64,000 nucleotides of DNA from NCBI GenBank assembly GCA_963665235.2, contig CAXXLX010000001.1, positions 2,208,001-2,272,000 on the forward strand. Direction: 5' to 3'. This stretch comes from Candidatus Poribacteria bacterium (GTDB lineage: Bacteria > Poribacteria > WGA-4E > WGA-3G). The first letter of the stretch is position 1. The number at the start of each line of letters is the position of its first letter. Of this stretch, positions 39,376 through 48,618 are shown piece by piece. Below the pieces are notes generated by a model. That model was not told the origin of the DNA. It saw nothing but the letters and a program-made list of their open reading frames with translations, and made no database searches. The position numbers were made by a program, and so were the translations under genes.

Positions 39376-40259
39376 TATCTTAGGCATTATAACTGTCATA
39401 CAACTTATTCAGGAGGCGATAAAGTCTTTGGAAGAAAAGATTGCAGCAAAGGAGGCTGAAATTACGAGGTTAGATAAGCTCGCGGACTGGTGGTTTGATG
39501 AGTATAAAAGAAGGCGTGCTGTAATGAAGCAACGGGAACGGGAAGTTAATTCGGCACGGAGAGCTTACAATGCAGCCGTAACTGCTTATAATTCTGCGGT
39601 GACGGCAGAAAAGGCTGCTGGACGTTCTTATAGGACTGCCGCTCATTATGCTCAAATGGCACAAAGAGATTATATGAATCATGTTCAGTGGTGTTCTACG
39701 TGTCGGGGCTCCATGTTATGTCCGATTGGACAGAATCTACATGCGGCTTGGCAATCGTGGGAAAAAGCGAAAAAAGATGCGAAGGTGGCTTGGGATAACG
39801 CAAAGGCTCAGGTCAAGTCTGCAAGAAGTGCGAAAAAAGCTGCGAAGGAAACATTAGACATAGCCCTGTTCAATTTAGGTTCTGCAAGGATGCTGGCTAA
39901 TGCAGCATTAGCTCAGGCGCGTGCTCTTAACAAAGCAGTTGACAAATTACGTGCCGAACTTAAACCTCTGATGGTAAAAAAAGCAATAAAAGATGCTGAG
40001 CTTGCAAAGGCTATGGGTGACTTAGCGGAAGCGAAACGAAAGCTTGACGAGGCGGAACGGGATTATCCTGACCAGTGGCGCGAATCTATGAAAGATCCTA
40101 ATTTTAGGCAGGATGTTGATAGGATTAGAAATTTTTAGATTCATTAACGGTGAACCTTGAAAGGTCACATTTTCTGTCCGAGCGATCTCCGCATTGTGAC
40201 GCACCTCACAGAGCGTCGGGACTCGGAGTTCTCTCGGACACGAGAAAGGAGTATAAAAA

Positions 40260-41645
40260 GTGAAACTTGTTGTTTTTACGGGGATTGGGATTATAATATT
40301 GGCAATCTTCTGTGTGATTCTATTTACACGTCTTGAAAGAGATTCTGAAGTTCCGGTAGATATTTCTACAAAAAATGCGGAGACCGAAGTTACTGATGTC
40401 AATTCGCTTATCAATTCGCTTCCGAAACCTAAAATTCCTGTGGGGTGGTCAGAAGACTTTTGGGTAAAAGAGTTTGATGAGGAACTGGCAAAAGAGGCCG
40501 CACTTGAGGCAGCACAGTGGAAAAAGGAGTTTTATGAACACACAGAGAGCATGTTCGCGAAGAAGCGTTCAGCTCTTTCGGATGCGGATTTGGCGGAAAT
40601 AGACTCCATGTTATCCAAATTTGAATCTTTAGAGAACATGTCTGAATCGGCTATTATTGACACGCTTTTGAGTTTTTATCCTGATAGCAGGCTCCTTGAT
40701 GAGGAGCTGCGTCAGCGTTCGCATGAGGGGCGTCGTCAGGGTTTGATTGAATATTATAGAGGTTTAGATGGACTTTCTGAACCGGATGCCCCCGAATTAA
40801 CCAAAGATCAAAAGTTGCAATTTATGGTGTATCTTGTTCAGGATGATATATCTACTGAAAGGAAAATAAAGAGAGAAGTTGCGGAAGAGGCGCGGCGCGA
40901 TCAAGCGTTAAAAGAATCTGACCCCGATCTCTATTTTGATAAGGAGGAGGTAGAGCTTGCTGATACCATACGTGAAGTAGAAGAGTCCCTTAGGGAAGCG
41001 GAGGAATCTGGCGACACGGAAATGGCTGAGACATGGCGTAATCATTTATCAATATTGCATGAGATGGAGGAAGGTCAAGATGATCGTAGAGAATTAATCA
41101 CGAGTATTATTAAGGGAACGTCGGAAGAGTATTTCTTAAAGGATCATCCCATATTTAAGGATCTTCCTCAATTGGATGACAATCTCGTGGAACGGGCGCA
41201 GGAGTTGATAGATGAGGTCTTGGATCAGTTGGAACGGGGCATGTCAGATGACGTGCCGTCAGATGTTTTTTCTGATGATTCGGAGAGTGCCCCCCCGTCA
41301 TCCGTCCCCGCAAAGGGTTCTGTTTCGGCACCGTCTGGCTCGGATTTTGAACCGTTGCTGAAGAATATAGGCGAGAAGTATTTTGATGTTGTTCTGTCCC
41401 GGCATCTCTCTGAAAAAGAGTTTGAGAAGTATTTTCCATCCTCTCAATATGATCGGGAGATGTTGAAGTCTCGGACGAGAGAAATGCAGAAAACGCTTGT
41501 CTCCGAAATCCGTAAAGTGATGCGGAATATGAACGATGTCTCGGAGGCAACGAAACGGCAACGGGTCAAAGATTTTGTCATGAAAAATTACGACAAAGAC
41601 TTCGCCGAGGCGGTGCTGCGTCAGTTGAACGCTGACGACAAATAG
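40260..41645 (+). CDS. Acidic helical protein with N-terminal membrane anchor, function unknown
   Basis: 461-aa ORF, AAGGAG RBS, single N-terminal TM helix, very Asp/Glu-rich. Confidence 0.75.
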   Translation: MKLVVFTGIGIIILAIFCVILFTRLERDSEVPVDISTKNAETEVTDVNSLINSLPKPKIPVGWSEDFWVKEFDEELAKEAALEAAQWKKEFYEHTESMFAKKRSALSDADLAEIDSMLSKFESLENMSESAIIDTLLSFYPDSRLLDEELRQRSHEGRRQGLIEYYRGLDGLSEPDAPELTKDQKLQFMVYLVQDDISTERKIKREVAEEARRDQALKESDPDLYFDKEEVELADTIREVEESLREAEESGDTEMAETWRNHLSILHEMEEGQDDRRELITSIIKGTSEEYFLKDHPIFKDLPQLDDNLVERAQELIDEVLDQLERGMSDDVPSDVFSDDSESAPPSSVPAKGSVSAPSGSDFEPLLKNIGEKYFDVVLSRHLSEKEFEKYFPSSQYDREMLKSRTREMQKTLVSEIRKVMRNMNDVSEATKRQRVKDFVMKNYDKDFAEAVLRQLNADDK

Positions 41646-41727
41646 CGGTGCGTCTCGGACAAACCCCTAATTTTATAGGCAGGTAGCTGTTGCGTTACCT
41701 GCCCAACTCTATAGGAGAAATTTGGTT

Positions 41728-42501
41728 ATGAAACGTTGTAAATTTTGGATGTCCCTCTTTTTACTGGGACTGCTTTTTGGCGTTGGTGCTGCCGATGCGA
41801 ACCCTGTCGTCAATGTTGACCCCGAAGTAGAGATGTTGCGGTGGCAGATTGGAGTGCTTGAAACATGACGTGATAGTAAAGTCGCACAAAAAAATTTACT
41901 GGTGCTGAAGCGAGATGCGGCAAAATCGGTGCTTCAATCTCTTTCGGCCTTGCTCTCTAAGGTGAACAAGTCCATCGCAAGCGCCAAAGCTGCGTTGCTG
42001 CGGGCACAGAACGATGCCGAGCGTGCGGACTGGGCATCCGTGATTGCGAAGTTAGAGAAATCGCGTCTAAAGTTGAGGTCTCAATACCACACGGTCGCAC
42101 ATAAGCTATACGATTATGAGGATAGGATCGCCTCATGTGACCGCACGATTGCCTACATTGAATCACTCATTCAGGAACTCAATGCCCTCTTAGTGACACC
42201 GGATAGGCCTGCGAGTTTCAGTGTGTCGAACGGTGTTGCGCGCGGGAGCGTTGAGTTGTCGTGGACAGCGGCTCCCGTGCCGAATGGCGGGTTGACAATC
42301 CTCGACTACGAATACCAATATCAGCGGCAGCTCAGTAGCCGCCGGTGGGGCCCTTGGTCTTCGTGGTCTTCAGCGGGAACAGACATGTTCGAGTTGATAG
42401 GCGGGTTGCACAGTCGGGGCCGGTATGCTTTTCGGATGCGTGCCGTGAATGGCTTAGGCCCGGGCACGACGACCGGTCAAATAATCATACGTACTCGATA
42501 G
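41728..42501 (+). pseudogene. Secreted coiled-coil + fibronectin type III protein with in-frame TGA at 41866-41868
   Basis: AGGAG RBS; ATG 41728 signal peptide in frame with ORF 41902; FN3 motifs LSWTAA..NGG..I.DYEYQ, YAFRMRAVNGLGPG. Confidence 0.75.
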
Positions 42502-42523
42502 TCGCAAACTTCTAAACATTTTA

Positions 42524-42562
42524 CAGGCAGGTCTCCGTTTTGGGTATCTGTCTTTTTTCTTT
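42524..42562 (+). terminator. Probable intrinsic terminator
   Basis: AGGCAGGTCTCC-GTTTT-GGGTATCTGTCT followed by a T run. Confidence 0.5.
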
Positions 42563-42663
42563 TACAGTAGCATTTGCACCGGTGCATCCTTTCGAATTAT
42601 AATTTGTTAAGTGTGTCCAATTGTGTTATACTGCTTACAAAACTTTTCTAAAAGGGATACCCC

Positions 42664-42912
42664 ATGACAGAAGGCAACCGTGCATTATTAATCGAGGGAC
42701 TCAAATCAATGTTAACCGCAGTTTACACCCTCGACGAAGATGACGACTCGCGAGACGCATTAGAAGGTGTTACATCAGAAATCGTAAATATCTACAATAA
42801 GGCGTGTATCTTCAATCAAGAAGATAGAGTCGAACTCTTAGAACATGTTATGAAGTATGATCCGCCATTAACCGATGAAGCAGAGATACTGAAAAGGCTA
42901 AAAGGGAGATAA
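42664..42912 (+). CDS. Small acidic hypothetical protein
   Basis: 82-aa ORF with AAGGGA RBS. Confidence 0.55.
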   Translation: MTEGNRALLIEGLKSMLTAVYTLDEDDDSRDALEGVTSEIVNIYNKACIFNQEDRVELLEHVMKYDPPLTDEAEILKRLKGR

Positions 42913-43030
42913 AGAATGTAAAAATCTGCGTCCGCCCCGCACCAGACAAGAGACGCGGTTTCCGAACCTCGCCAGCGGGTGTCTCCGAATATGACTCTCA
43001 GATCGGCAGACGTGCCCACACGGAACACAC

Positions 43031-43471
43031 ATGGAAAAGAGAGAGAAACTCCAATACTGGTCTTGGGAAGAATTTGGAACAGGCACGGGCTCCGTTTATC
43101 TTTATTATTTTCAAGACGAAAAGAACGAACAGAAATATCAGGGAAAATCCGTTTGGGCTTGCAAAGTCGGATATGCCGAGGGGGATGCCCACAAGAGAGT
43201 CGCGCAGCAATTAAAGAAAATAGACCCCGACTACGCTTTTGAAAAAAAGGAACGACCGATCCTCCCGATTCTTTTTAAATCCGATACGCCGAGAAGACTG
43301 GAAACACAAATTCACAAAATTCTTCAGGCTTTGGGCAGAAAAATAGATACAGAGAAAAGGCACGAATGGTACATCACGGGGCATGAGTGGTATCTCACCA
43401 ATCCAAACGAGGTGCTGCAAATTTACTTTTTTATTGTAGATTTTCAAAATTACGCATGGCACGACAGATAA
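43031..43471 (+). CDS. T5orf172/GIY-YIG-like nuclease domain protein
   Basis: VYLY...CKVGY...KRVAQ...LETQIHKIL...EWY pattern. Confidence 0.7.
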   Translation: MEKREKLQYWSWEEFGTGTGSVYLYYFQDEKNEQKYQGKSVWACKVGYAEGDAHKRVAQQLKKIDPDYAFEKKERPILPILFKSDTPRRLETQIHKILQALGRKIDTEKRHEWYITGHEWYLTNPNEVLQIYFFIVDFQNYAWHDR

Positions 43472-43693
43472 AAGTTGTTCAGATGGACGCACACCGCACT
43501 TTTACAGCGGCACCTGTGGTTTGACTCACAGAAAGAACCGTGTGAAAGGGTTACCCGTCAAAATCTGCTATTCCTGATACAGATGACAGAAGCCCCTGAT
43601 ACAAAAGATCAGATACCGGACGGTGTCGCGTCGCGATAGCCGTTCAATTATACGGATGTCGGGATTATGGGCAAATAACCTAACTTTTACTAT

Positions 43694-43709
43694 TGGCACG
43701 AAACTTGCA
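43694..43709 (+). promoter_or_regulatory. Sigma-54 promoter, copy 2 (no tandem TGCAC enhancer upstream)
   Basis: TGGCACGAAACTTGCA. Confidence 0.75.
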
Positions 43710-43758
43710 TATAGTTCCACATAACATCAAAACTTAATTTTTTTGTGAGGTAAAACGA

Positions 43759-45240
43759 ATGAGTGCAAAAAGAATGTCCGGAGCCTTAATGACTTCTATT
43801 ATGCTTCACGTAGCGATAGCGTTGGTGGCAGGTTTTTACCTGGTCACTAAAACGCAAAAATTCAAGGACCTCGTTGGTGCTGAAGTGCTACAGACGAAAG
43901 AAGCCCCGAAGCCTAAGGTTCGGAAACCTATAATCAAACCTGTTATTAAACCTACACTTCCTACGCAAAATACCGTTGTGGTTGAACAAGTTCAGGTGCA
44001 ACCGCGTGTAACGACCGCACTTGCCGCGAAACCAACGGATTTCCAACCGCAGACGGTGCTGGAATTTTCAAATCAACCTGTTAAGGTAAATGCACCGATT
44101 AATCCGAATGTGCCGAAGGTTGTGACCCCGAACACGCCTGTTCCGGAGGTAGTTACACATACCGATTTGCCTGTATCCGACGCGCCGTTAGCTTTGGCGT
44201 TTGCCGGTCCGGCTGCGAATCCACCTTCAGCGGGGCCCGCTCACATTGCGCGGGGTGTTGCTGGAAGTCCTGTTCAGGTGAAAGTCACCTTTGAACGTCC
44301 GCCCGGTCTTGCGATGGTTGCCAACGTAGGTGCTGAGGGCGACGCGCTCGGCAATGTCATAGAGAATATTACGCTCGGAAACGTTGAAGTGCCCCCGCTG
44401 CCCAGAGGCGAACCCGGTGGTCGTGTTATCGGCAAGGGCCGTGATATTCGCGGTGTTTTCCGTTTCACACGTATTCGCCATACGCTTTCTGACTGGTGGG
44501 CAGACGCTTCCTCATTGAACGCGCTTGCCAAGTGGCTCAACGAGAAAACCAAAATCAAAACGGACATGAACGTTGAAGGTGGCGCGCTGAAACTGACAGA
44601 TGCGAACCTACTAAAGACCCCGTTAGTCTTCCTGACAGGTCATGACCCAGCTCTTGTGAAGGAGAAAGGGTTGCTCGGGAGTCAGCATGGTGGCGGTAAA
44701 ATGGATAACCGTTTCACCGAAACCGAAGCCGCTGGACTGCGTAAATACCTCGTTGAAAAAGGTGGATTTCTCATTTTTGACGATTGTGGTGTAAATGCAC
44801 CTGCACAGGCAATGGTTCGTCTGTTCCTACAGCAGATGCGGTATGTGATGCCTGAACATCAAATCGAACGTATCTCCAACGACCATGAGATTTATGACAA
44901 CTTCTACGAAATGGGCGGTCCCCCTGTCGGTTACGATATTTTCTGGTGGGGTACTAAACCGAAGAAGCGTAACTTCCTTGAAGGCGTTTCGGTTGGTGAT
45001 AAGTTGTCCGTTATCGTTGTTCGCCGGGATTACATGTGTGCGATGGAGGCAGTAAGCCTTCCCACGCGTGCGGTTCATTATTCACCGGGTGTGTATCGTT
45101 TCATGACAAACGTGGTTGTGTATGCGTTGACACACGGCAACATCGCTGATTACTCCGGCTATGTGCCTGAAGACACCTTAGCGAAACGTGAACTTCCGAC
45201 ACGCGCACCCGAAGCTGCGAAAATCGGAGCCGTCGAATAA
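43759..45240 (+). CDS. Membrane-anchored DUF4159 domain protein, copy 2
   Basis: 493 aa; differs from copy 1 at two residues (DAPS/DAPL, HDPS/HDPA). Confidence 0.8.
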   Translation: MSAKRMSGALMTSIMLHVAIALVAGFYLVTKTQKFKDLVGAEVLQTKEAPKPKVRKPIIKPVIKPTLPTQNTVVVEQVQVQPRVTTALAAKPTDFQPQTVLEFSNQPVKVNAPINPNVPKVVTPNTPVPEVVTHTDLPVSDAPLALAFAGPAANPPSAGPAHIARGVAGSPVQVKVTFERPPGLAMVANVGAEGDALGNVIENITLGNVEVPPLPRGEPGGRVIGKGRDIRGVFRFTRIRHTLSDWWADASSLNALAKWLNEKTKIKTDMNVEGGALKLTDANLLKTPLVFLTGHDPALVKEKGLLGSQHGGGKMDNRFTETEAAGLRKYLVEKGGFLIFDDCGVNAPAQAMVRLFLQQMRYVMPEHQIERISNDHEIYDNFYEMGGPPVGYDIFWWGTKPKKRNFLEGVSVGDKLSVIVVRRDYMCAMEAVSLPTRAVHYSPGVYRFMTNVVVYALTHGNIADYSGYVPEDTLAKRELPTRAPEAAKIGAVE

Positions 45241-45387
45241 AAATAGTGTTTTGGCTCATATTAGAGACTGTGTGCGATTTTTTTGTAAAGACTCCGGCCA
45301 GAAAGATAGCGTCTTCATAAAAAAATCGCACACGCTTGTAGCAGAACCGAATGATAAATCTTATCTTGTCTACAGGAGGATAGATTT

Positions 45388-46083
45388 ATGACACACAAAG
45401 TTTATGTAGGAATTGGGCTCCTGATGATCCTGATTATCGGTATTGTCATCTTCCTACTGAATCACAATGTAGACACCGAACCTGAAGTTATCTACAGCGG
45501 GAAGGTTGTAGACTCTAAGGGGAAGGAACTACCCCCCGCGAAACCGGGGTTTGAATGGGTTCAGCATGAGGACCACTTTCACGAAGTGCGTGTCTCTGAA
45601 CAGAACGTGCCAACGGACACCGTGTCCGATAAGACACCGCTGTCATCAGAACCTGTAGGGGATGAGGAACCCATGCCCTCTGTTGTTCCCCCGAATTATC
45701 CGAACCCTGATAACCCCGTTGCGGCATTGCGCGAATACCTATCAAAACGTGGCCATTGGAGTGCTGAGTGGATTCCCGATTTTCCGGTAGAGGATACAGA
45801 AGCCGCTAAATTAGCACACAATGTCCTAATCATGCTAGTGCGCGAACATACAGAGGATAAAACATTGGATGCTGCTTGGAGCATCGCTGCGGAGGAAACC
45901 CGCCAAATGCAAGCGGATTATGGAAAAGAAATTATAGAAATTGTAAAGAGCCAACGGATGCTACAATATCCTCCCGCCGGCGATGATATCCGTAAACGCT
46001 TTCAACGCCTTTTGGATCTATCTAAATTCAATTGGGTATTCTTAGACGCGTCGGATGTTAACCCTGAAGAGCGGAATTGGTAA
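45388..46083 (+). CDS. Membrane-anchored hypothetical protein with HxxHxH (HEDHFH) motif
   Basis: AGGAGG RBS, N-terminal TM helix, WVQHEDHFHEV. Confidence 0.7.
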   Translation: MTHKVYVGIGLLMILIIGIVIFLLNHNVDTEPEVIYSGKVVDSKGKELPPAKPGFEWVQHEDHFHEVRVSEQNVPTDTVSDKTPLSSEPVGDEEPMPSVVPPNYPNPDNPVAALREYLSKRGHWSAEWIPDFPVEDTEAAKLAHNVLIMLVREHTEDKTLDAAWSIAAEETRQMQADYGKEIIEIVKSQRMLQYPPAGDDIRKRFQRLLDLSKFNWVFLDASDVNPEERNW

Positions 46084-46095
46084 GGAGGTAGAGAT

Positions 46096-46842
46096 ATGTT
46101 TTGTGCTTATTTTACAAACCGATGGATGATAGGTGGTTTTTGTTTCCTGATTGTTTTCGGTATTGCTTGCTACTTCTGGGACCAGCACGAGCTGGCTCCC
46201 TATAAACAACAAGCTGTAGAAAACGCAGAAATGTTACGCCAATCGGAACGCGCCCAAAAATCTGACACGGCGCGTGAGGCGGAACAGGCGGTATTCGACG
46301 CACCTGCGGAACGCGCAACGTCTACCGATAAGGGCGGCGACCATTGGCACAAGGAGTCACGCCCAGAGGCTCCAATGGCACAAGTCCCCTCAGAATTACC
46401 AGCGACTGATGGCACACACACCCTAGAGGTGCCTGTCTCACCGTTCGGACTTGGCCCCTATCCTGAAGTGCCATTAGATTATCCAAGTGATGTCCTATGG
46501 AATGCGCCGGAAGTTCCAGCACACTTTTCTAACAAAACAGTGAAAAGTATTGAACTCATAGACCGTGTCCTTGTGAAGTTATGGACAGAAGGAAACAAAG
46601 ACTTCCGTGGGGGAAGCACCTATAACGGCAAAGTCTATCCGCACTACCATAACACCGTCTATGTTCGTTTTGGTGAATATAAATTGCCTGATGGGACAAC
46701 GAAGCGATACCCAGTGCGTATAAAATCAGGACCTCAGGTTGTCTACAGCCGGGAAGATCTTTTAAACCCGCCGCCTCACCTTCGCGTTCTAGATTTAGAT
46801 TCGTCTGGTATTGCTCCGTATCAATTCCTTGACCTCCCTTAA
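46096..46842 (+). CDS. Membrane-anchored hypothetical protein (GGDHWH; SPFGLGPYPEVPLDYP)
   Basis: AAGGAGG RBS, N-terminal TM helix. Confidence 0.7.
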   Translation: MFCAYFTNRWMIGGFCFLIVFGIACYFWDQHELAPYKQQAVENAEMLRQSERAQKSDTAREAEQAVFDAPAERATSTDKGGDHWHKESRPEAPMAQVPSELPATDGTHTLEVPVSPFGLGPYPEVPLDYPSDVLWNAPEVPAHFSNKTVKSIELIDRVLVKLWTEGNKDFRGGSTYNGKVYPHYHNTVYVRFGEYKLPDGTTKRYPVRIKSGPQVVYSREDLLNPPPHLRVLDLDSSGIAPYQFLDLP

Positions 46843-46845
46843 ATC

Positions 46846-46966
46846 TTAATGGGTGACAGCTATCATTTCAAACAGGCCTTGTGCTGTGTAGGTAAAGAGG
46901 GTTTTATGTGGCGAGCATAGCGGCATCTGCGGTATGGTCAAGGTATTCATAAGGTTCATGATTTTT
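46846..46966 (-). pseudogene. Archease N-terminal remnant
   Basis: Minus strand EPYEYLDHTADAAM, then after a frameshift KTLFTYTAQGLFEMI, resembling archease 'YEYLDHTAD...LF..AA..LF'. Confidence 0.55.
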
Positions 46967-47006
46967 TCAGTTAACGTTAACCTCAATGTCCGTGAAGTTT
47001 TTCAAC

Positions 47007-47279
47007 TCACAGTTTGTCACTCTTTGCTGTATTACAAGGTTTACAACGTAAGGTGAGGTTTTCCCATACCGTTAATCCGCCTTGTGAATACGGTTTTATA
47101 TGGTCGGCATCAAGTTGGCGGAAACCTGCCGGTCCAGAAAAAACCTGCTTGCAGTCTGGACACACATATCCGTCGCGGGTATCGTCATAGTTAATAAGGA
47201 AATATGCCTGTTTCCACATTTTTGGAAAATGACGAGCCCGTGGATCACATGAAGGGAGGAGAGACAGAATGTTGCTCAA
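47007..47279 (-). CDS. HNH endonuclease (stand-alone, 90 aa)
   Basis: CPDC...DADHIKPYSQGGLTVWENLTLRCKPCNTAKSD; overlaps the DUF262 stop by 4 bp. Confidence 0.9.
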   Translation of the reverse strand: MSNILSLLPSCDPRARHFPKMWKQAYFLINYDDTRDGYVCPDCKQVFSGPAGFRQLDADHIKPYSQGGLTVWENLTLRCKPCNTAKSDKL

Positions 47280-48517
47280 CAGTATTCTTCCACAATTCGG
47301 GACAAAAGGAGTTTTGTCATATCACATTGAGCTTTCTGTCCGCGTTCCCCTTTCCAACGTCCTCTTGATTCTGGGTACCCGCCCTCTTTTTCCAACCATT
47401 TTTCACCTACCTGGCGAGGTGTTTCAATAAACCCTGCAATCGCAATCCATGCATTAGGACTGAGTTGAGACGGTTCAATTTCCAATTCGACAGCTGCCCC
47501 AATCAGGAGTGCCATCTGTTTGTATTTGTCAACACTAACCCCGGGCATACCGCGTCGGAGGATAGCATGGAGCCACCTAACGAAGTTGTCGAACTCATCT
47601 TCTAGTCCATTTCTATATGTAGGAAACACAGGCGTTCCGCCTTGTATATCCGTGAATTGCAGTTGGGCACAATAGATATCTAGTGCCTCTTCTGTCGAGC
47701 CGTGAAATATCAAGGGGAGATGCTTCATTGAAGTGGGTGAACAGATAAGTTGATTCAATTTCTCTCTGTGCAAAAACGTGAGGTACCACAAGACCATTGC
47801 GGAGGGGGTCTGTCCTTTTGCTCGGTCTTTTCCGTCCCACCAATCTTTCCAGAGTTCCCATGCGTCAGGATATTTTTCCCACGGATTCGCTACCCCTTTT
47901 TCAGACGCAGCTTGTATCATTCGTTTTGCAGCGGGGGTGTCTGCATAAATTCCAGCGAGGCGGATGAAGTATACACACTTGGATTCGCTGTAATAGGAGA
48001 GCCGAATATCTTGCGCGGTCAAAGGCGTGCCGCCTTCGTTGATGCGCCGAAATATCTCAAGTTTGGTTGAAAGTTGAAGGCTCGGCGGAAGGTAAATAAT
48101 TGTCAGGGGATAATCGTTAAAAACATTCTGAAGCGTTTTGGGTATCTCCGAAAACCTTTTTCCGCTGTAGTGCACACTTTCTGGTGAGAAATAGTTAATA
48201 GCTCCACTTGCTACCAGGCAAAATTCGTCCTGTGCATATTTCAGGATTGTACTCAACCGTTGTTGTCCATCGACAACTTCGATTGTGCCTGTCTCATGAT
48301 TCTCCGAGAAAAAGAGAGACGGTGTCGTCAGATTATTCAGCAATGACTCGATGAAAAGTGATTCTTTCCGGTCATCCCATTGTTCTGCATCGCGTTGGTA
48401 ATCCGGAATGACTATCCGACCGTTGTTCAAGCGGAGAATGATAGACTCTACAGTTTCACTCTGTGCTCGCGTTGCTTCCCTGACGATTGGGCCGATTTCC
48501 AAATTGTTTACAGCCAT
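47276..48517 (-). CDS. DUF262 (GmrS/ParB-like NTPase) domain protein
   Basis: IPDYQR, FIESLL, VVDGQQRLSTI and IFRRINEGGTPLT motifs. Confidence 0.9.
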   Translation of the reverse strand: MAVNNLEIGPIVREATRAQSETVESIILRLNNGRIVIPDYQRDAEQWDDRKESLFIESLLNNLTTPSLFFSENHETGTIEVVDGQQRLSTILKYAQDEFCLVASGAINYFSPESVHYSGKRFSEIPKTLQNVFNDYPLTIIYLPPSLQLSTKLEIFRRINEGGTPLTAQDIRLSYYSESKCVYFIRLAGIYADTPAAKRMIQAASEKGVANPWEKYPDAWELWKDWWDGKDRAKGQTPSAMVLWYLTFLHREKLNQLICSPTSMKHLPLIFHGSTEEALDIYCAQLQFTDIQGGTPVFPTYRNGLEDEFDNFVRWLHAILRRGMPGVSVDKYKQMALLIGAAVELEIEPSQLSPNAWIAIAGFIETPRQVGEKWLEKEGGYPESRGRWKGERGQKAQCDMTKLLLSRIVEEYC

Positions 48518-48618
48518 GTGATTCTCCTGACAAAGGACGTATTCAACGTGAGTTTGAAAAGAGTTTCACCCACAGCGTTCCCTATTACTTTTAGCAAAAG
48601 ACCGCACAAAGTAGTAGT

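Larger units (their letters stand above)
38338..40138 (+). pseudogene. Secreted coiled-coil protein (~288 aa) interrupted by IS630
   Basis: Removing IS630 and one TA joins 38338-38443 in frame to 39378-40138: MMDNHKILTAILVIYFCLFLGVYQAVA-IFWKIIGVILGIITVIQLIQEAIKSLEEK... Confidence 0.85.
43650..45266 (+). repeat. ~1.6-kb direct repeat copy 2
   Basis: Homologous to 35127-36743; starts just downstream of the enhancer position. Confidence 0.97.

Noticed and set aside
39323-39376. ORF-track N-terminus MKYTKCRKKC of the 271-aa ORF
   Set aside because: These codons lie inside the IS630 end; the true 5' end is at 38338 (or GTG 38320).
41866-41868. In-frame TGA as selenocysteine or recoded Trp
   Set aside because: No convincing SECIS-like hairpin follows, the context is a coiled coil, and TGA is a normal stop elsewhere in the window; a nonsense mutation or read error is more likely.
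35127-45266. Diversity-generating retroelement (TR/VR pair) or prophage
   Set aside because: Differences are mostly synonymous third-position changes, not adenine-specific; no reverse transcriptase, integrase or phage structural genes.
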